From positions 1,152,001-1,216,000 of the forward strand of contig CBDDPY010000002.1 of NCBI GenBank assembly GCA_965232515.1: a stretch of 64,000 nt of DNA. The letters run 5' to 3'. Below, in pieces: positions 61,879 to 64,000 of the stretch. The stretch comes from Alphaproteobacteria bacterium (lineage in GTDB: Bacteria > Pseudomonadota > Alphaproteobacteria > GCA-2731375). The translations under genes and the position numbers were made by a program. The notes below the pieces were generated by a model, which had not been told where the DNA came from, did no database searches, and was given only the letters and a program-made list of their open reading frames with translations. Numbering within the stretch: position 1 is the stretch's first letter; each line of letters begins with the position of its first letter.

Positions 61879-62826
61879 GTGGGCACCTATATGGTGAAGC
61901 GTTTCCTGTTGATGCTGCTGACGCTGTTCGGCATCTCGGTGATCATTTTCTGCCTGCTGCGTCTGGTGCCGGGCAGCATCGTCGACATCCTGTTCGATTC
62001 CGCCGGCTTCATCGATCCGGCCGAGAAAGCTCAGATCGAGGCGGAACTCGGCCTCGACCAGCCGATCATCGTGCAGTACGCCGCCTGGATCGGCGGTCTG
62101 CTGCAGGGCGACCTCGGCTATTCCTATGTGTCCGAGCTGCCGACCATCGACGAGCTGGCGCCGCGCATTCCGATCACCGCCAAGCTCGCCCTGCTGGCGC
62201 TGATCTTCTCGGTGCTGTTCGGCCTGCCGCTCGGCGTGATCAGCGCGGTGAAGCAGGACACCAGCCTCGACTACTGCCTGCGGGTGATTAGCCTGAGCGG
62301 CCTATCGCTGCCGTCATTCTGGCTCGGCCTGCTGATCCTGATGGCCTTCGTCAGCTATTTCGACGCCATCCCGATCTACACCAATCCGCCGGACAGTCTG
62401 CTCGACGAGCTCTTGCTTTACAGCGTGCCGGCGGCCGCCGTCGGCTTTCGAAGTTCGGCATTGATCATGCGCCTGACGCGATCATCGATGCTGGAGGTTT
62501 TGCGTCAGGACTATATCCGCACGGCCAAGGCAAAGGGCGCCTCGGAGAACGCGATCAACTACCGCCACGCGCTGAAGAACGCCGTGCTGCCGGTGACCAC
62601 GATCATCGGCATCGAGGCGGGGTTTCTGATCGGCGGCCTGATCGTCACCGAGACCGTGTTCAACATCCCGGGCGTCGCCCGCTTCCTGGTCGAGGCGATC
62701 CAGTGGCGCGACTACCCGATCGTGCAGAACCTGGTGATGTTCATCGCCGTCGTCGTCGTGCTGGTGAACTTCATCGTCGACCTGACCTACGCCGCGCTCG
62801 ACCCGAGGATCAAGTATGCCGACTGA
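61879..62826 (+). CDS. Peptide ABC transporter permease (DppB-like)
   Basis: RSSMLEVLRQDYIRTAKAKG, ETVFNIPG, LDPRI. Confidence 0.92.
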   Translation: MGTYMVKRFLLMLLTLFGISVIIFCLLRLVPGSIVDILFDSAGFIDPAEKAQIEAELGLDQPIIVQYAAWIGGLLQGDLGYSYVSELPTIDELAPRIPITAKLALLALIFSVLFGLPLGVISAVKQDTSLDYCLRVISLSGLSLPSFWLGLLILMAFVSYFDAIPIYTNPPDSLLDELLLYSVPAAAVGFRSSALIMRLTRSSMLEVLRQDYIRTAKAKGASENAINYRHALKNAVLPVTTIIGIEAGFLIGGLIVTETVFNIPGVARFLVEAIQWRDYPIVQNLVMFIAVVVVLVNFIVDLTYAALDPRIKYAD

Positions 62827-62857
62827 CGCGCAGCCCGCACCGGCCGGAGCCTAGTCC

Positions 62858-63751
62858 ATGGCCCAGATCGACCATCAGCTCGAACTCGCCCGCGCCGGCG
62901 CCCATGTCGAGAGTCGGCTGGGCGCGCTGCTGTTCTTCTGCCGCCGCTATCCGCTGGGCGCGATCGGCGGCGTCATCGTGCTGGTCTTCGTGCTGGCGGC
63001 GGTCTTCGCCGATGTCATCGCGCCGCACGACCCGCTGTCGACCGATCCATTGCTGTCGTTAAACCCGCCGACCACCGAGAACGTGCTCGGCAACGACATG
63101 ATGGGCCGCGACATGTACAGCCGGATCGTCCACGGCGCCCGTATCTCGCTTGCCGTCGGCATCGGCTCGACGCTGCTGGGCGGCATCATCGGCGTCATCG
63201 TCGGCCTGCTGTCCGGCTACCTGATGGGCTGGGTCGACTTGGTGACGCAGCGCATCATCGACACCATGCAGGCGCTCCCGTTATTGGTGATGGCACTGGT
63301 GATGGCGGCCGCGCTGGGCCCGTCGCTGGAAAACACCATCATCGCCATCTCCATACCCCTTGTGCCGCAGGTGGCTCGCGTGATCCGCGCCAACACGCTT
63401 TCGCTGCGCGAGATGCCGTTCGTCGAGGCGGCGCGGGCAGGCGGCATCAGCGAGATCTGGATCGCCATCCGCCATGTCCTGCCGAACACGCTGGCGCCGC
63501 TCATCGTGCTCGGCACGGCGCAGCTCGGCTCGGCGATCCTGACCGAAGCCTCGCTCTCTTTTCTGGGTCTCGGCATTCCGGAGCCGTATCCCTCCTGGGG
63601 CCGTATGCTGTCGGAGTCGGCGGCCGAATACGTGCGTACGGCACCTTGGCTGGTGATTTTCCCGGGCATCGCCATCTCACTTGCCGTGTTCGGCACCAAT
63701 CTCCTGGGCGACGCCTTGCGCGACCTGCTCGACCCGCGGCAGCGCTCGTGA
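62858..63751 (+). CDS. Peptide ABC transporter permease (DppC-like)
   Basis: [36 protein letters not shown]. Confidence 0.92.
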   Translation: MAQIDHQLELARAGAHVESRLGALLFFCRRYPLGAIGGVIVLVFVLAAVFADVIAPHDPLSTDPLLSLNPPTTENVLGNDMMGRDMYSRIVHGARISLAVGIGSTLLGGIIGVIVGLLSGYLMGWVDLVTQRIIDTMQALPLLVMALVMAAALGPSLENTIIAISIPLVPQVARVIRANTLSLREMPFVEAARAGGISEIWIAIRHVLPNTLAPLIVLGTAQLGSAILTEASLSFLGLGIPEPYPSWGRMLSESAAEYVRTAPWLVIFPGIAISLAVFGTNLLGDALRDLLDPRQRS

Positions 63752-64000
63752 CCGCAGAGCCGACGTCGACCGTCACCGTCGCCCGGCCGGAGGCGCAACC
63801 GGACGCCGCGCCCGTGCTCGAGATCGAGGGGCTGCAGACCTACTTCTACACGCGCGAGGGTATCGTCAAGGCCGTCGACGATGTCTCGTTCTCGCTCGGT
63901 CGCGGCGAAACCTTGGGAGTCGTCGGCGAGTCCGGCTGCGGCAAGAGCATCACCGCGCTCTCGGTCATGCGGCTGGTGCCCGATCCGCCGGGCAAGATCG
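63748..64000 (+). CDS. Peptide ABC transporter ATP-binding protein (DppD-like); runs off the window
   Basis: GTG overlaps the previous stop; [11 protein letters not shown]...AVDDVSF...[11 protein letters not shown]. Confidence 0.9.
   Translation, partial: MTAEPTSTVTVARPEAQPDAAPVLEIEGLQTYFYTREGIVKAVDDVSFSLGRGETLGVVGESGCGKSITALSVMRLVPDPPGKI

Overview
GC-rich alphaproteobacterial chromosomal segment, judged from the Caulobacter-type flagellin and its promoter, a CtrA box and alphaproteobacterial palindromic repeats. From left to right it carries: the start of a multicomponent phenol hydroxylase operon (dmpKLMN-like, running off the left edge) with a divergent GntR regulator; sodB; a housekeeping block (trmFO, uvrA, ssb, gyrA, coaD, cyclophilin, queA, tgt); a sugar ABC transporter; a convergent GNAT-like/PAS pair; an orphan flagellin with a sigma-54 promoter; a phospholipid/sphingolipid head-group trio; a CHASE2 kinase plus FecR protein; MFS, ThDP enzyme, radical SAM, TRAP and CobW genes; an adenylation enzyme-GNAT-ACP module; an IS5-family element inserted in a palindromic repeat; an acyl-CoA ligase; and a peptide ABC transporter running off the right edge. 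The most unusual locus is 51.4-57.1 kb. It holds three tandem paralogous PEP-CTERM-like (VPAPG) surface-protein genes with conserved ends and variable centres. They are driven by duplicated, helically phased sigma-54 promoter cassettes (TGTCGG-N5-TTTACA boxes, IHF site, -24/-12) and share a 5'-UTR hairpin. Directly downstream is a cytoplasmic alkaline-phosphatase-superfamily/TPR/sulfotransferase fusion, a candidate surface-protein modification system. No rRNA, tRNA or CRISPR array was seen. All calls come from reading the sequence; no searches were run.
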